A stretch of DNA of 64,000 nt, taken from positions 496,001-560,000 of the forward strand of contig NW_026935190.1 in NCBI RefSeq assembly GCF_032062105.1, read 5' to 3'. A program made the position numbers and the translations under genes. Of this stretch, positions 11,546 through 25,700 are shown one piece after another. Positions within the stretch are counted from its first letter, which is position 1, and each line of letters begins with the position of its first letter. The stretch is from Saccostrea cucullata. Its lineage: Eukaryota. Below the pieces are notes generated by a model that worked only from the letters and a program-made list of their open reading frames with translations, was not told the origin of the DNA and searched no databases.

Positions 11546-13795
11546 TTATAAATCTAGATAGAGAACTTGAGTAGCAGACACCGCGCCAAGAAAGCTGAGT
11601 ATTGCTGCTACCACCACTACCGCCACAGTACTTCCTGTGGCGTCCACCACTGACCCCACGAACGCTGAGAGAACAAACTGTGCCACAAACACCATACTGC
11701 TGAGGATGGCGAGGTCCGTCCCTAATCCCCGGATGTTGCTTTCTGTCAAAGGTTCTGCTGAAAACTGAAATGTTAACGCAAATTTCAAGTCTGTATCCCA
11801 AACTTACAAACAAAAGTCCTATCATTTAGTATATAAAATTTTACTCATTAAAGAAATATTATGAATTATTTTAAACGCTCTCCCCTTCAAAAAATAAATA
11901 AATATAGATCATAAATTGATATAAATCAAGTAAATACACGTATGAAACACAAAAACGTATTGTTTCTTACCTGTCCCTTTGTATGGTAATTAGCCACTAA
12001 CATGTAGGGCATTGTGAATAGAGTGGCGTACATAATACCAGCAGTGGGTGAAAACAAAATGACAGTAACACGACTTCGAGTGGCCGCCATGATGATCATG
12101 CCAATGCAGTAGACAAGCTGCCCTCCAATATACACACACTTTGCTCCTTCAAAACCAATTAATTTGATTTGAAGAAGATTCAGATCTAAAACCATCTTCC
12201 TTTTAACAAATGCTTAAGTTGACTGGTATAAGAAATTGAAATCTAAAATTTTATATATTTATAATTCATACGCTTATTAACTTACCAAATTTTTCCACCA
12301 GTTTCTCAATAAACATAGAATAAAAAGCACAAGACAAAGAATACAGTGCCATTCCAAAAGATCCTAATCGAACACCATCATTGTAAAGCTTGTGTAGATG
12401 ACTTAGTCTTGGTGCCTTTGGATCGCCTTTGAAAACTGCCTGACCAACAAAGTCCGTAAAATACAGAGAATAACAGACAAGGGACATCCAACAAAAGAGA
12501 TTAGTCACACATAGGACAAACAGAGACTTAGGCATTCGTACGATAGACACTAAGTAAGTTTTTAGTTTAACTTCGTTCAGTAATGAACTCAGATTTGAAC
12601 TTTGTGGAGAAGGTCGTTTTGCTTTGGTGTCATTTGACTCTTTTTCATTGGGTAAATTCTCCGTCTGAGACGTCTTATTTGGAAAACCATCAGTAGATCC
12701 ATAGTGAATTGGAGTAGAAGATTGTTTTAATTTTTCATCTCCGTCTTCCAGTCTGTCATCATCCTCCTCGTTCGTAAACTTTTCGTACTTGGATTTTCCT
12801 TTCACTTTTGTCGACTTCTGAATTTCTTCAACTGATTTTTCAAAGTGTGACAATGGAAGTTCCTTGAAACTTGTTAAAGTAATAACAAGACACACTATAA
12901 AGAAAATAGTAACCGCTGTAAAAACCACGAGTACGTGTTCTTCTAAGGACGATCCCTCGTTGTTTTTCAAATCCCAATTTATTCCTCCCATGATGTATCC
13001 AAAGCACCCTCCAAGTCCCGCCATAATGGTGAAGGTGCTCAGTCCTCTGGAGTGATCTTCTGGGATACTAACATCCAAAAGATACGCTCTGCTTGGGGAC
13101 TGGGCTGCGTCACAACTGAAGTCCAACAGAACCACTCCTAATATTGTAAGAATAATTCCTGTTTTGTGATTTGCGTGAATACTTGAGCTTATCATGTCGT
13201 CTCGTTCTTCCAAATAAGTTGCATCGACTGTTTTGTTGGCTTCCATTTTGTACTGCAGAAGAGCTGAGTTCGTTGTGTTATCAATAGTGTCAAATGTATT
13301 ATTGTGATAATTTGCTGTTTCGTTGCTAAACACTATGTCTGATTTGTCACCTAAATGCATTCCAAAGGTTTTCGCGTTTGGAACAATGATAAGTCCAATG
13401 ACAATACCAGTTGCTAATAAAACTATAAAGGGTCGACGGCGACCAAATTTTGATCTACAATTGTCACTTAAAGAACCTAAAATGGGAACACAGACAGCTC
13501 CAAAAAATGGACTTAAACACCATACCAAAGACATAAGAGGAGCCGGAACACCAAGTTTCAGTAGAATCGGACTAACAAAAGCAGTTTCAGCGGCGTAACA
13601 AAGCTCTATTCCACACACAACAGCACTCAAACGAATTAATTCTAGCCGAGTTTTCTTCTTTTGTAGGTAAGAGTAATTATCTTCAGGATTGATAAATGCT
13701 GCAAACCCTGATCCCATATTCTGAACCATGGGATTCACTTGATCCCGTATTCTTTTGGCTGCCTGAATTGTTGATGTTAACAATCCAATAGACAT
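11546..13795 (-). CDS. SLC45-family H+/sugar symporter (MATP/SLC45A2- or PAST-A-like), ~634 aa
   Basis: complement(join(11546-11764, 11971-12146, 12286-13795)); GT-AG junctions in phase. MFS-type hydrophobic helices, family motifs GIELCYAAETAFVSPILL, SDNCRSKFGRRRPF, LLDFSCDAAQSPSRAYLLD, YFTDFVGQAVFKGDP and RGLGTDLA. The exact paralog cannot be assigned by eye. Confidence 0.93.
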
Positions 13796-15246
13796 CTTGT
13801 ATCTGTGAGAGGACAGAGTTGAAATATATTTGCTAATACATGTTTTCAATGCTAAACTTAACTTTAAAACATCCTACATGATTGTTTGCGTCGGGGAAAT
13901 ATGAATATGAAAACATGGATTACTCTAGCATTAAAAGTGTATCTCTATCAAAAAGTACAGGGTGTCCAGTTTCTGAAACAAATGTAGAAGTAAAGTGTTT
14001 TTATAGGATAAAGTGTCTGGATTGATCGGAGATCAATAAATGATGGTGGCACTGAAGCACCAATTACTAAATTTGAAGCCAATTTAGTGAGACAAGGCTA
14101 ATCGGATCTGCTCAATCTTAATGTGTTGACAGCATTATCAATCAAAACAGACACAGTCCATTTATCATCTTTGCAATTCAAGACTACTTGTGATCCTGAT
14201 CTGTCATCACAATGCATCAGGCAAGTCCTATAACCCTAGTTACTCATTCCAATAGAGCGGGCTATCGATATTTGTAATTTGGCAAACCATCGTCCACGAA
14301 GCAAGGTTATTGGGGTGATTTGTTTGTATTCTATAAATGGTTGAGGGATTGACTCCTACTATGCTGTTTTTAAATCTATGTGATTTTTTTTCAGTCTTAT
14401 TGAGAGACCAACAATTACGGATGAAATGCCAAATATTATGATGGCTTTGGACCTCCGCCATTGCTGTGTTAAATATTCTTTATCGTGTCAATTATATAAG
14501 GGCATCATCCGAACCTGGCCATGGATTGAGGAGTTTTTGAAGCCCAAATGTTCGCAATAAACTACAGTGTAGTATATGCATGATTATTCAATCCCATTTT
14601 CAATTCTCCAAATTTATAATTAGTATATTGAAAATTCGGTCTCTGGAGAAAAAAAGTGTCGGTCACAAGATTTCTAATAATTTCAATATCTTTTTATTTA
14701 TGCAAGAAAAAAGGCCATGTTTGTAAATAATTAGAAATGGTGTAACTTGGAAATCTGTTGAGATTCATATAGATCAGATTTGTGCTACTTTTTTCTTTTT
14801 TCTAATACATGGGCAGGGATATTCATAAAATTGTTATACATGTACCCTATTAATTGTTATTTTACTTACTGGCTAAGTTCATTTACGTATACTTACATGT
14901 ATTTTTATATAACCAATGACAAGTAGTTGGAAATTGAACGTTTTTTTTAAATAGTGGTTGCAACCTGGTTTTTGAAATGTATGCTCAGGCACTATTGAAA
15001 AAATTATTTCAATAATCATGATAATAAGGTTCAATTCAGATGTGGTTGTGATGTAACCGTAATGTTTGAATAGATGAGCAAAAAGTATGATTTAGTTCAA
15101 ATGTATTACACTGACTATAGTTTTATACCTAACTTTCTAAAATTTCACAAATGAAAAAATGATACAAGAACTATAAAAGACAACATAGTAATGAGTTATC
15201 TTTATATATAAGTCAATTTTCTGAGTCAGTGGAAATAAAAATAATA

Positions 15247-15334
15247 GTACTGTCTTCCCACAAATTTTTATTAAAATAGAAAATTTGGTTCACCAAATTT
15301 TCTATTTTAATAAAAATTTGTGGGAAGACAGTAC
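15247..15334. repeat. Perfect palindrome (43-bp arms, 2-nt spacer), probably a minimal TA-flanked MITE
   Basis: GTACTGTCTTCCCACAAATTTTTATTAAAATAGAAAATTTGGT-TC-ACCAAATTTTCTATTTTAATAAAAATTTGTGGGAAGACAGTAC. Confidence 0.85.
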
Positions 15335-16184
15335 CCCAATTTTAATTAAAAAGAATTACAGACAGACGATGAAAGTATACACTTTGCATCTTACCCCTTC
15401 ACTTTATCTCTAACTTATCTGAGATAACTTTTTTAAGATATATTTTTAAAACTTACCTTTATGTAAGAGAGAAATTCTTTTATACACTAGGAATGCATTG
15501 ATCTGAAAAGTTGAATCCAGACGAAATATCGAATTTTCTTTCCAAAGTAGCAGATCCTAACTGTCTTTGGGATTTATAGGAAGGGGTATACGTTTTTTTT
15601 TTAAGAAGTGATCAATATACAAGACAAGACGTACATTCAATAAAACTGGTTCGATATGGGCGACAGATTTTCAATTAATAGATATTCCCTGATGAACTTG
15701 TATAAAATGCCTGATGGAGGCGGTAATTTGTTTTATTTCTGTCCATCAAAAGAGTAATTTCTGTTCCGTGGACCTGATTGGAGATCTGCCTCCATAATGT
15801 GACATATTTCTGTCCAATTTCCGTTTTGTCTGTTGTTTGAGACACGAAATTCAATGAAATATTTACTTGAGGAAAATGGCTCTTAACTCATGGAAGAAAA
15901 GATTGCATGGCAGAAAGAATTAATTTTTTAAAAATATATTTTAGATAAAATAACTATACACGCTGTAATTAAAATTTTGAATATTTAACATTTTTAAAGT
16001 TGTTATAAATAGCTAGAATTTACTATACTTTTCTCTTTCCTTCTCGAATTTTCAAAAAGGAAGCACATTTAATCACTCAATCACTAACGCTAGAGTAGAA
16101 AAGTATCTTCATGCAAACTGAGCAACTTGAAAGACAACTCTGCATAATGCTCTTGTCGATGCAGGAGAGTTTGTGATAAATAAT

Positions 16185-16620
16185 GTAAGAAAATGCTCTA
16201 AGTATGAACAGTTTCTAAAAAGAGTCATGCTTTTGACAAACAAGTTAATGATTCAAAGATATTTAAAACAATCCCGTTTAAAGTTATCATTTCGCAAGTT
16301 CTGTGGTCGATACAATGACACTGTCAGCAAATACATCCTAGCTATCATATATTCCAATGCTGATTAAGTTTTTCTTATTAATTGTTAAACTATTATTTGT
16401 GTGTAATAATACAACAAATTTTCTACGATTTTTTCCCATTATTTCCCGACCATGAGAAGGGACTACACGACAGATGTGACCGATTGCAGGGAATTCTCAG
16501 TCCTTCATGACACCTGATCCCCGACACCTCTGATGTTTTAGAGATTTGTTCTGCTCCTGGTTTGTATTCTTTGAATGTACATGTGAGCTTCAATATTGTT
16601 TGTTATCTCCATACTAGTAT
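16185..16620 (+). mobile_element. Penelope-like retroelement 3' fragment (RT thumb and 3' tail)
   Basis: CSKYEQFLKRVMLLTNKLMIQ...SRLKLSFRKFCGRYND, followed by the recurrent tail TGTGACCG...CAGGG...CACCTGATCCC...CCTCTG seen repeatedly in this window. Confidence 0.65.
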
Positions 16621-16959
16621 TTCATTCATCAACGGATTTATGAATCCGATCACTGATCATTTCTTCGTTATCTTCAACTGTCAAATTCATTTATGTTCAA
16701 TATTCGAAGGGATTTATGACTTGGGTTATATGAAAAAAAAATGTATAAGGTGGGGGAATAGGCTTGTTTATATGTGTTTTTAAGAAAAACACAATCCCAT
16801 CTTTTTCTGCTATGATGTACAATTTTGCTATTAGCATAGACATAAAACGAAGGGTTCGTTTTAGGTCTATGCCATCGTCGCAAACCACGGCCAAAATGTA
16901 CGCTCCTCTCCCATCTGGCCGTGGTTGAACGAGAAGAGAATTCTTCGTAGCTCATTAAA

Positions 16960-17340
16960 ATATTGACCAATGCGAGTAAAGCATAGTCGGATGATGAACT
17001 TTATCGCGACCTTTCAATATCCAATCGCAGTATAAGAAATTTTTCTTGTATACTGTTGACGTCAGTTGTTGATTTCGATTCCGATGGAAACAAAACTTGT
17101 CACTGACTGTATATGACGTCACAATAGAGAGGAGTAAGTATTCAAGATTACGACACTTTTTGTGATCAAGCAGCCACGGGTAGGAGAGAGCTATATATGC
17201 GGACTCCGGACCGTGGCTTGAGACGATGGGTCTATGCTATTAGTCAAGTTCCAATGCTTGCCAGGTCCAACATTATTATTATAGTCGGGTTCGGAAATTG
17301 TGCATTAAAAGTCACATGACCAGTGTTGTTCAAAATGGCG
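16960..17340. promoter_or_regulatory. Putative ACBD5 promoter, possibly bidirectional with the SLC45 gene
   Basis: Locally CpG-richer. CCAAT boxes (~16967, ~17021), perfect CRE palindromes TGACGTCA (17057-17064, 17114-17121), E-box GTCACATGAC (17311-17320), YY1-like CAAAATGGCG overlapping the ATG. Confidence 0.5.
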
Positions 17341-19630
17341 AATACAGAAAAGGAGAAATTTGACGCTGCTGTAAAAGTTATTCACAGTTTACCGAAAGAT
17401 GGTGATTATTTGAAAAATATAAAGCAGTTCATCAATAATTTAGACATTTTAAAAAATATGTATATTTATTATTGTGTACCATCACCGATTTATTAAGTGG
17501 TCGATAATATTTTTAAATTTTATAATGCAACTATCTGCCTATGTTTGAACACATATTGAAATAATATGTTGACGATGCAACCTTTAGGGCGAGCGCAGAT
17601 ACCTTTGTAGTAATACTGATTATTAACTGTATGAAGTCCCGTCTTTTCAAACCGCACGACGTTTGATGACTAGACTCTGACGTCACATGTGGAATCAATT
17701 ACCAAACCAAAGCTGATTTTTTTTTTTTTAACTAAGAACATTTTATTTTCTAATTACACTTGTATATGCAATATTTATCCATTTAATCAAGAAGATGTTA
17801 ATTTTTTTTAAACTTTTGTTGTTTTTCTCGCAAGAACATATCTTAAAACAAGTGATGCATTTTGGGTCCAGAAGTTACTATGGAAAAAAAATTAACTGGA
17901 TCAATATGCAAGTCCAGATTTTCTCTTCGCCCAAGCGTTGTCATTAGATCTTGCAGTAGGAGCAGCCCTTTGCACTGCTCGCTGTGCTCACTGTTAATTT
18001 TACGAATTTTGATATTTCATTTTACGTTTGTAGGTCCTTTTCAGCCATCGTATGACATGATGTTGAGTTTTTATAGTTATTATAAACAAGCAACTGAGGG
18101 GAAATGTTCAAGACCAAAACCATGGACATGGGACATCGTTAACAAAAAGAAATGGTAATGGCATCTTCAAATATATCTGCCTTTACATACAATCAGAAAT
18201 ACCATTTTCTTTTGTTTTCACTGAACATGGGAAATCTTGACAATGTTAGATGTGTGACTTACTACCCTTGGTCAATGTAAACAAAACATCATAATCAAAA
18301 AGTGTAAATTATTCTCGGGTCATCGGGATAATTAAATCATATCAAAGCTTTTTGTTAGGCTGAATATTTTTAAAAGGACCCTTATAATAATTTTTTTTGC
18401 ATCTGTAATTTGTTAAAAATTTTGTTGGTAGAAAATAAAGTCAAAATTTCAAAAAGAAATGACATACGCAATCTTGAATTAGAGCAACTTTGTGACAGCA
18501 ATACAAAATTTAAACCATGACCTTTTTTTCTCTGTTTAGGCATATATATTTTCTACTCCAACACAGAGCAATAGAAATTATTTTAACATCATTGAAAAAT
18601 GCAGATGGAGATGACCTGCAGACCTTTTCACAAAAATCTTATGATAAATTTCTATCATAAGAGAAATATGAGGAGTTTATTTCTTTTCACAAAAAATCTT
18701 ACATTATTCTTGCTTGCAAAATTTATTGTAACTTTATGAGAGCCCTAACCCTCTAGTATTTTAAAACCAATTTTATAGTAATAACCACATAAACCAAAAG
18801 ACATGTTAAATGGAAAGTTTTTTAAGCAACTTACATGTACAATAACACAAAAAAAAATTTCACAATTATATTGTCGAAAAAATAAATAAAATACACTACA
18901 AAATATGTACAATATAAGTTTCACTTACCAGTAAGATTTTTGCAAAAAAAAATTTCACAATTATATTGTCAAAAAAATAAATAAAATACACTACAAAATA
19001 TTTACAATATAAGATTCACTTAAGATTTTTGCATGTCACTTTCTTTTCTCAGACTTGTGATTGTGACATCAGGTTACAAACTTCCTTGCTTCATAATATA
19101 TTGCATTTAATATTTGTTGTCAAAAAATGGGTTGAAGAGGTGAATATTGTACATTATAAAAGAATGATTTAGATTTTTTTCTGAACTAAGAAAAAAAGAA
19201 GGAGTTTTATTTTAGTACATGTAGAATAAACTTTTCACAAGCAGTGTTATCAAACAAATTTAAAAGTGAGTACATTTGATTTATCTTAAAAGGGATGCCT
19301 GGACAAAATTAGGAGATATGCCAAGAGAAGAAGCAATGGTAAAATATGTAGAAGAACTTAAAAAGGTAGGGACTTATTATAAGACAGATGTCCATCAGCT
19401 TCAGGGTGAAAAAAAAATACATGACAATTTGTATTACCTTTCCTTTTTTCTTCTCATATTTTCTTAGAAAACTGAATCATAATTTTCAAATATTTTATTG
19501 ATCATGCATATTACAAACCGAATAAGCAAAAATTAAGCAGCTATGGAATATTTTTTACCTTTTGTTTTGTATTTAATTTTTTTCCCCAGCAGTTTTATAT
19601 TCTGATTAGATAATTCATGAATTAAGTGAC

Positions 19631-19676
<46 letters not shown>

Positions 19677-19749
19677 CATTTCGTCCGTCCGTCTGTCTGT
19701 CTGTCTAGCTGTCCGTTTGTAAACTTTTCACATTTTCCACTTCTTCTCA

Positions 19750-19780
<31 letters not shown>

Positions 19781-22700
19781 CCACAAAGTATCCTTGGGTG
19801 AAGAGGATTCAAATTTGTTCAAATGAAGGGCCATGCCCCATCCCAAGGGGAGATAATTAATAATTACTGAAAATTAATGGCAATTTTCAAAAATCTTCTT
19901 CTCAAGAACCATTGGGCCAGGAAAGATGAAACTTATGTGGAAACATCCTCAGGTAGTGTAGATTCAAGTTTGTTCAAATCATGACCCCCAGGGTAGGGCG
20001 GGGCCACAATGGCTGATCAAAGTTTTACATAGGAATAGATAGGAAAAAATTTAAAAAAAAACTTCTTCTTGAGAACAGCAAAGCCATGATTGGTCATAGT
20101 TATATGGAAGCATCCTCAGGTAGCGTAGATCGAAGTTTGTGCAAATCATGACCCCCAGAGGTAGGACAGGGCCACAATGGACGACCAAAGTTTTACAAAG
20201 GAATATATAGGGAAAAAATCTTTAAAAATCTTCTTCTTGAGAACAGCAAAGCAATGATTGGTCATATTTATATGAAAGCATCCTCAGGTAGTGTAGATTC
20301 AAGTTTGTTCAAATCATGACCCCCGGGGGTAGGGTGGGGCCACAATTGCTGATCAAAGTTTTACATAGGAATATATAGGAAAATTTTTTTAAAAAATCTT
20401 CTTCTTGAGAACAGCAAAGCCATGATTGGTCATATTTATATGGAAGCATCCTCAAGTAGTTTAGATACAGGTTTGTTAAAATCATGACCCCAGGGTTGGG
20501 TGGGACCACAATAAAAGTTCAAACTTATAGGGAAAAAAGCCACTGTAGCTAGTCAAAAAATATGTAAGCATCCTTAGTTATTGTAGAATCAAGTTTTCAT
20601 ATATGGAAGTTTGTTCAAATCATACACCCCCCTTTTTAGGACTGGGACCACTTAGGTATTTACTGAATTGATTTTTTTCCTAGCCACAATGCTCAGGTGA
20701 GCAATGTGGCCCATGGGCCTCTTGTTTCATGTTCTTTATTAATATTGTTTTGTTTGTTGATGTTTGATTTGTTTTACTCTAAGGAAGAGGAGCTAAATGA
20801 ACTTTTCCCATTAAATTTCACCCTCCTCTTTATTCCTTTCATTTAAGAGACACTGTGGCAAATTTTGGCAAAATTTAGTTTAAGCTTAATCTTGAAAATC
20901 TTTTGTTTGATGTTCCAAAATAAAACTTAAAAACTTTCACAGTAAACAGTGAATAAATGACAGTTTTCCACTGTTAAACATGTGGTGAATTTTTATATTT
21001 CTTCATACCTGGTAAACATGATAAGGGGATCAAAATTTTACATAGGAATATATATAGAGAGAAAAAATGATTTTCCTCGAGAATATCATGAGTGCAGTTT
21101 TAATTAACTGTAGCTATACCCAGGCTAGCATGGGACTATGACAGGAGGTAAAGGTGTTAAATTGGAATGTTTAAGAAACACTCTCTATAAAACAGTTTAG
21201 TCTTAATTTTTCTCGAGAATGACAAGACTACAATTAGCTTCATGAATATGAAAGCAACTGCTTGCAGTGAAAATTGAAGATTATTCCTTATTCCTGTCAT
21301 GGCCGATGTGGTAAAATAGGCTATGCTAAGGGTGAGAAAATGGCAGAATGAAGGATTTTTTTCTTTCTATGAGTAATATTTCCTTTCTTTTTAAAAGGTA
21401 TTCTGATTCATTGTATAACAATTTTAAAGGGGTATATTTTTAGCAAATGAAAGTAGATTTTTTTTTTCAAATGTCTTTTATGAGGATATATGCTTTTTAT
21501 GTTATTAAATAAGTACATATACAGTGTACGTAACATTACTCTTGTATATTGGACTACTAGTAAGTGATTGTGTAGTATATCTGTGCAGCCAATTCAAAGC
21601 TTATTAAACCGTGTTTTAAATATATACAGCTTTATGATTCAATGATGAAGCAATCACTTTGTTGTTTCTCAATGTTGTGGATACGCAGACAGATAAGTGA
21701 GGTGATTTTTAACTCTTTCAGACTATCAAACATTTCACTGAGAAGGGGTTGGCAATGAAAGAACAGGGGGACCCCAGGGTAGGAGTTTTTTTCACTCTTT
21801 CTGTCTGTAGTATGGGTTTTAAGTGTACCATATTTTCCTACTCACATGCAATGCAGCATCCTACTTTCTTATTTGCCAACTATGTAGGTTCGTGATATTA
21901 TTCAACTAAGATTTGGTAGATATATTTTAATGGAATCTGGTCCCATGAAAACATTTATACGAGTTCTACTAATATATTGTCCTGGAATATGATCTTTAAA
22001 TTAGAACATATGTATGCATGTACTTTTAGCTACAAATTCAAAATTTGTTTTCAGCATATTGTTACATGTTTGGGTATGGATATATTTCTTCATAAACAAA
22101 ATTACTATTATTATTATTAACTAACAAAAACGTGTAACGCTTTATGCTAAAAATCTTCTTCATAAGCATGCACAGTTCCCTTTTATAAATTTCTTTTTCT
22201 ATGTTCTGATTTTAACAAGTTACCTAGTAAATATGTTTGAATGTTTTTGTATATTTCCCAGTAATTTGTTTACAAGTAAGACTTACCTGAGATATTGATC
22301 AGTAACATTTGCCAACAGATTGTTGAGGCTATGCCCCAAAATGAGGAGGTTCGAGACTTCATGGAAAAATTAGGCAGTTTTTATGAGATAGTAGATGAGG
22401 ACTCACCCGTTCCCAAACCCTCAGCAGAAAACCACAAACCTCAGGAAGAAAATGGCATTCCATCAGACAACGAATCAACAGGTTAAATCATTAAACTAAC
22501 TACGGAGATCTGCTTCCTTTCATTGTTGGGTTGTTTGAGTCTTCATTTGAAATATCTTTTTATTTATAGATGGTAAGACCCCACTGGAAATATTTGACCA
22601 CTCACAAATGGTGGACACTGTTTTGAAGAAAAGTGAGGATATGAATGACTTACTGAACCAATCAGATGAAGTTTTACAAAATGGTTTGGATGAAGAGGAT

Positions 22701-25700
22701 GAAAATGGTAACCCTTTTAATAGTGGAAAGTAAAATAAGGAAACTAAAACCATTTATTATGTTATTGATTGACAGGCAAAGGCAAAATAAGTGCTCAATT
22801 CAATAATATTGTATTAAAGTTGTTTGTATTTTTTTTTAATCAGGTAATTGAAATTTTTATGATGAATATTTTCTTCACCAGATACTTCCACAGACATTGC
22901 AGTCAGCACAAAGATACATGAAGAGGCAAGAGAGCTAGTCACCATGAATGGAGATCACATACATATCACAGATAGTAGACTGACAGTAGAGGCTCATCAA
23001 CAGAAGGGAAATAGATCTCCGGGGAATCAAGATAACCAGTCCCCACCCAGAGAGCGTAGGACCCACAGAAACAGACACCCTGTGTCAGGGGACCACCTGA
23101 CCAGTGAGACAGAGAGTGAGGAAGAATTCTGTGATACCTCCGACCAGCCATCACAGGTAAGGGCTTAAGAAAGCCTTAGCTGTGGGTATTGGTACAGGCT
23201 CATTATTAAGTATAATGTTACTGTATAGCAGTCGTTCTCAGTGGACCACAGAGATGCAGCATTAAAAAAATCAGCAATAAAATGGCAGAATTAGAGAGCA
23301 GATTTTTCTTTGAACCTGTGTTCTTGACTTCTTAGACTTTAACTTTCTGGCCAAAATAATTTATAGTAGGTAATGCATTTAAGTCAGACATGGTATTTGA
23401 TTTCTTTTGAATAACTTTAGGACGAAACAGATGCTGTAGGAATCAATCCAGCAATGGCAAACTCTACACCTTTAAAGTCAGGAGGTAACATAGGTAATCA
23501 CATTCCATTTGGATCTCATGGGCACAATTTTTCCTCCCTTCCCTTCACTCCCTCCAAAGGTCGGCTTTTAGGCTTCGGTAACAGTGGTAGAGGTATGACA
23601 GATAGCCTTCTAGTCCATGCGCCAGGACATGACACTATGAACCTCTCCTATAACAGCAGTAATAAGGATGAGGATCAGTCCAGTGGGAGGAGGGATATCA
23701 ATTTTAACTCATCGTACCTGCAAGACTATGACAAAGATGTCCGGGTAGTGGGAGGAGGGGATATGTCTCCTCCAGGAGGGTATTCTCAAGGTGAAGGTCG
23801 ACCAATCAGAGTACAGAATGTTGGAGGTAGGTGTAAAGATAATGCCAATGTTATTTTTAATGTTTTCTTTCACACAGTCCTTGTAATCTTAGACACCCTT
23901 CCTATTCAACAATTCAAACTGCAAACATTTCCTTTGCTTTCCAAAATTCCTGAAAAAAAAATGAATCATGAACATGGATATATTATATTAAAATCAGCAG
24001 TCCTTATTGGATTGTATCTTTGATGTCAACTTTTATATTATTTTTAACTATAGAATGTTGCTTAAATTTCAAAATCACTTTAAGGTGAAATATTAAAGTT
24101 TCACAGTACAGTATGTATATATTTTTTATAATCTGTATAACAAAATAGCACTGAAAAGTTTAGTACAATAGTTCATTTTCTTAGGTTATGAGCTCTTTTT
24201 AAAGAAGTTAACCATTTCCTTTATTTCTTGCAGGGAGAGAAATGGGAGGTAGACAAAACCAGCAGGGTGGTTCATCAGGCTCTCAGAGTTATCATGGGAT
24301 GGGTGGGGGTGGAGGGAGGGACAATGAGGGATTCCCTGTGGGGGCCCCCTCAGGGAGCATAGAGGCTCAAATGGCATTGGCTCTGGTTCGCTTACAGCAA
24401 GATATGAATAATGTGATGGAAAGAGTCCACAACCTGGAGCGAGCTCAGAGAGATCAGGTACAGCGAACAATTTACAAGAATTAAAATTTTGTAAGCTAAT
24501 CAGAGCAAAAGGCTCAATCATCAGTGTTTGTACCTTTATGTCTTAAATATTAACATATTCACTCCTTTCTCACTGCCAAAAATTCATGTGCAACAGCAAC
24601 TAAACAAAATATTTGAAGAAAAGGGAAATACATGTAAATTATTTTTGTGCATATGAGGGACCATACATGTATTTCTAGTTCAGAGGGATAATAGGGTGAA
24701 TCTTCAAATGTTTGCTGTATACAAATGTATGTTTGTTTTAACTAATTCCCTTCTAGGATTAAGACAGGGAAAAAAGTTCACCTTTTCAACAAAAAAAAAT
24801 CATTTTAAAAAACACACCTTTTACTTTTTGCATGTTCAAAGGATGAGGTAGGGTAATTGCCAAATCTGGCCCCATATTTGATGTGAAAATCAGAACACTG
24901 GTAAAATTGTGATAGTTCGTAATTAAGAACTGAAAATGATGCTTGCTTTAAAACCAGCACTGATTTTGATTCAAAGCTTACATGGAAGCCATTAGAGAGT
25001 GCACAAGTAGGACATTTTACCGAATTTACTCCATTCTGGTAGAATTTCATCATACCGTATAATCCCTATTAACCGCCCCGGGCGCTTAGAAAATTGCAAA
25101 AAGGGGGCGGTTATTTTGGTGTTCTCTTTATGATATTTAATGTCATATTTTAACTTCAAAAAATCGTTTGAAAATAAAAATTAATACAAGAAACAGCTAA
25201 GATAATGTCCAACTTTATTCAAAGTGAAGATAATCCACCCAAATTATGCTAAATTGTTCATTTTCCACGGAGAAATTGGATGACAGACAAATTTCATTTT
25301 CACTTTCTTCATTTTTTTGATACGATCCTGGTTGATTTTAATTACTTACAGGGGGCCCTTATTTCCTGACAATCGAAAAAGACCTAAGGGGGTGCTTATA
25401 GGGGTAGGGGCAGTTAATAGGGATTATACGGTTTTTGAGATATTTTTTTCTTGGGAAAACATAGAGCACAAGCTTGCCTATCTGAGATTTTTACACATAA
25501 ACTGCATCTGATAGTACTAGTTGATAAAATATATAAGTTTGGTAGATAGGCAAGCTTGTGCTCTGTTTTCCGAAACAAAATGTGCTGTAAAATCAATGAA
25601 AATTTGCATAAACATGAGAAAATTCATAAAATGACCTATTTTCTGACCTCTCTGTGACCTCTGTGAATTTCAAAACTTGGAGCCAGTACTCATTTTATGA

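Noticed and set aside
11439-13598. Overlapping ORFs 11439-11825 (-), 12864-13055 (+) and 13323-13598 (+)
   Set aside because: Alternative-frame or antisense shadows of the SLC45 exons.
13796-13849. N-terminal extension of the 527-aa ORF
   Set aside because: It begins at a non-ATG codon; the first in-frame ATG is at 13795. The ORF's last residues (KLISV) are intron read-through.
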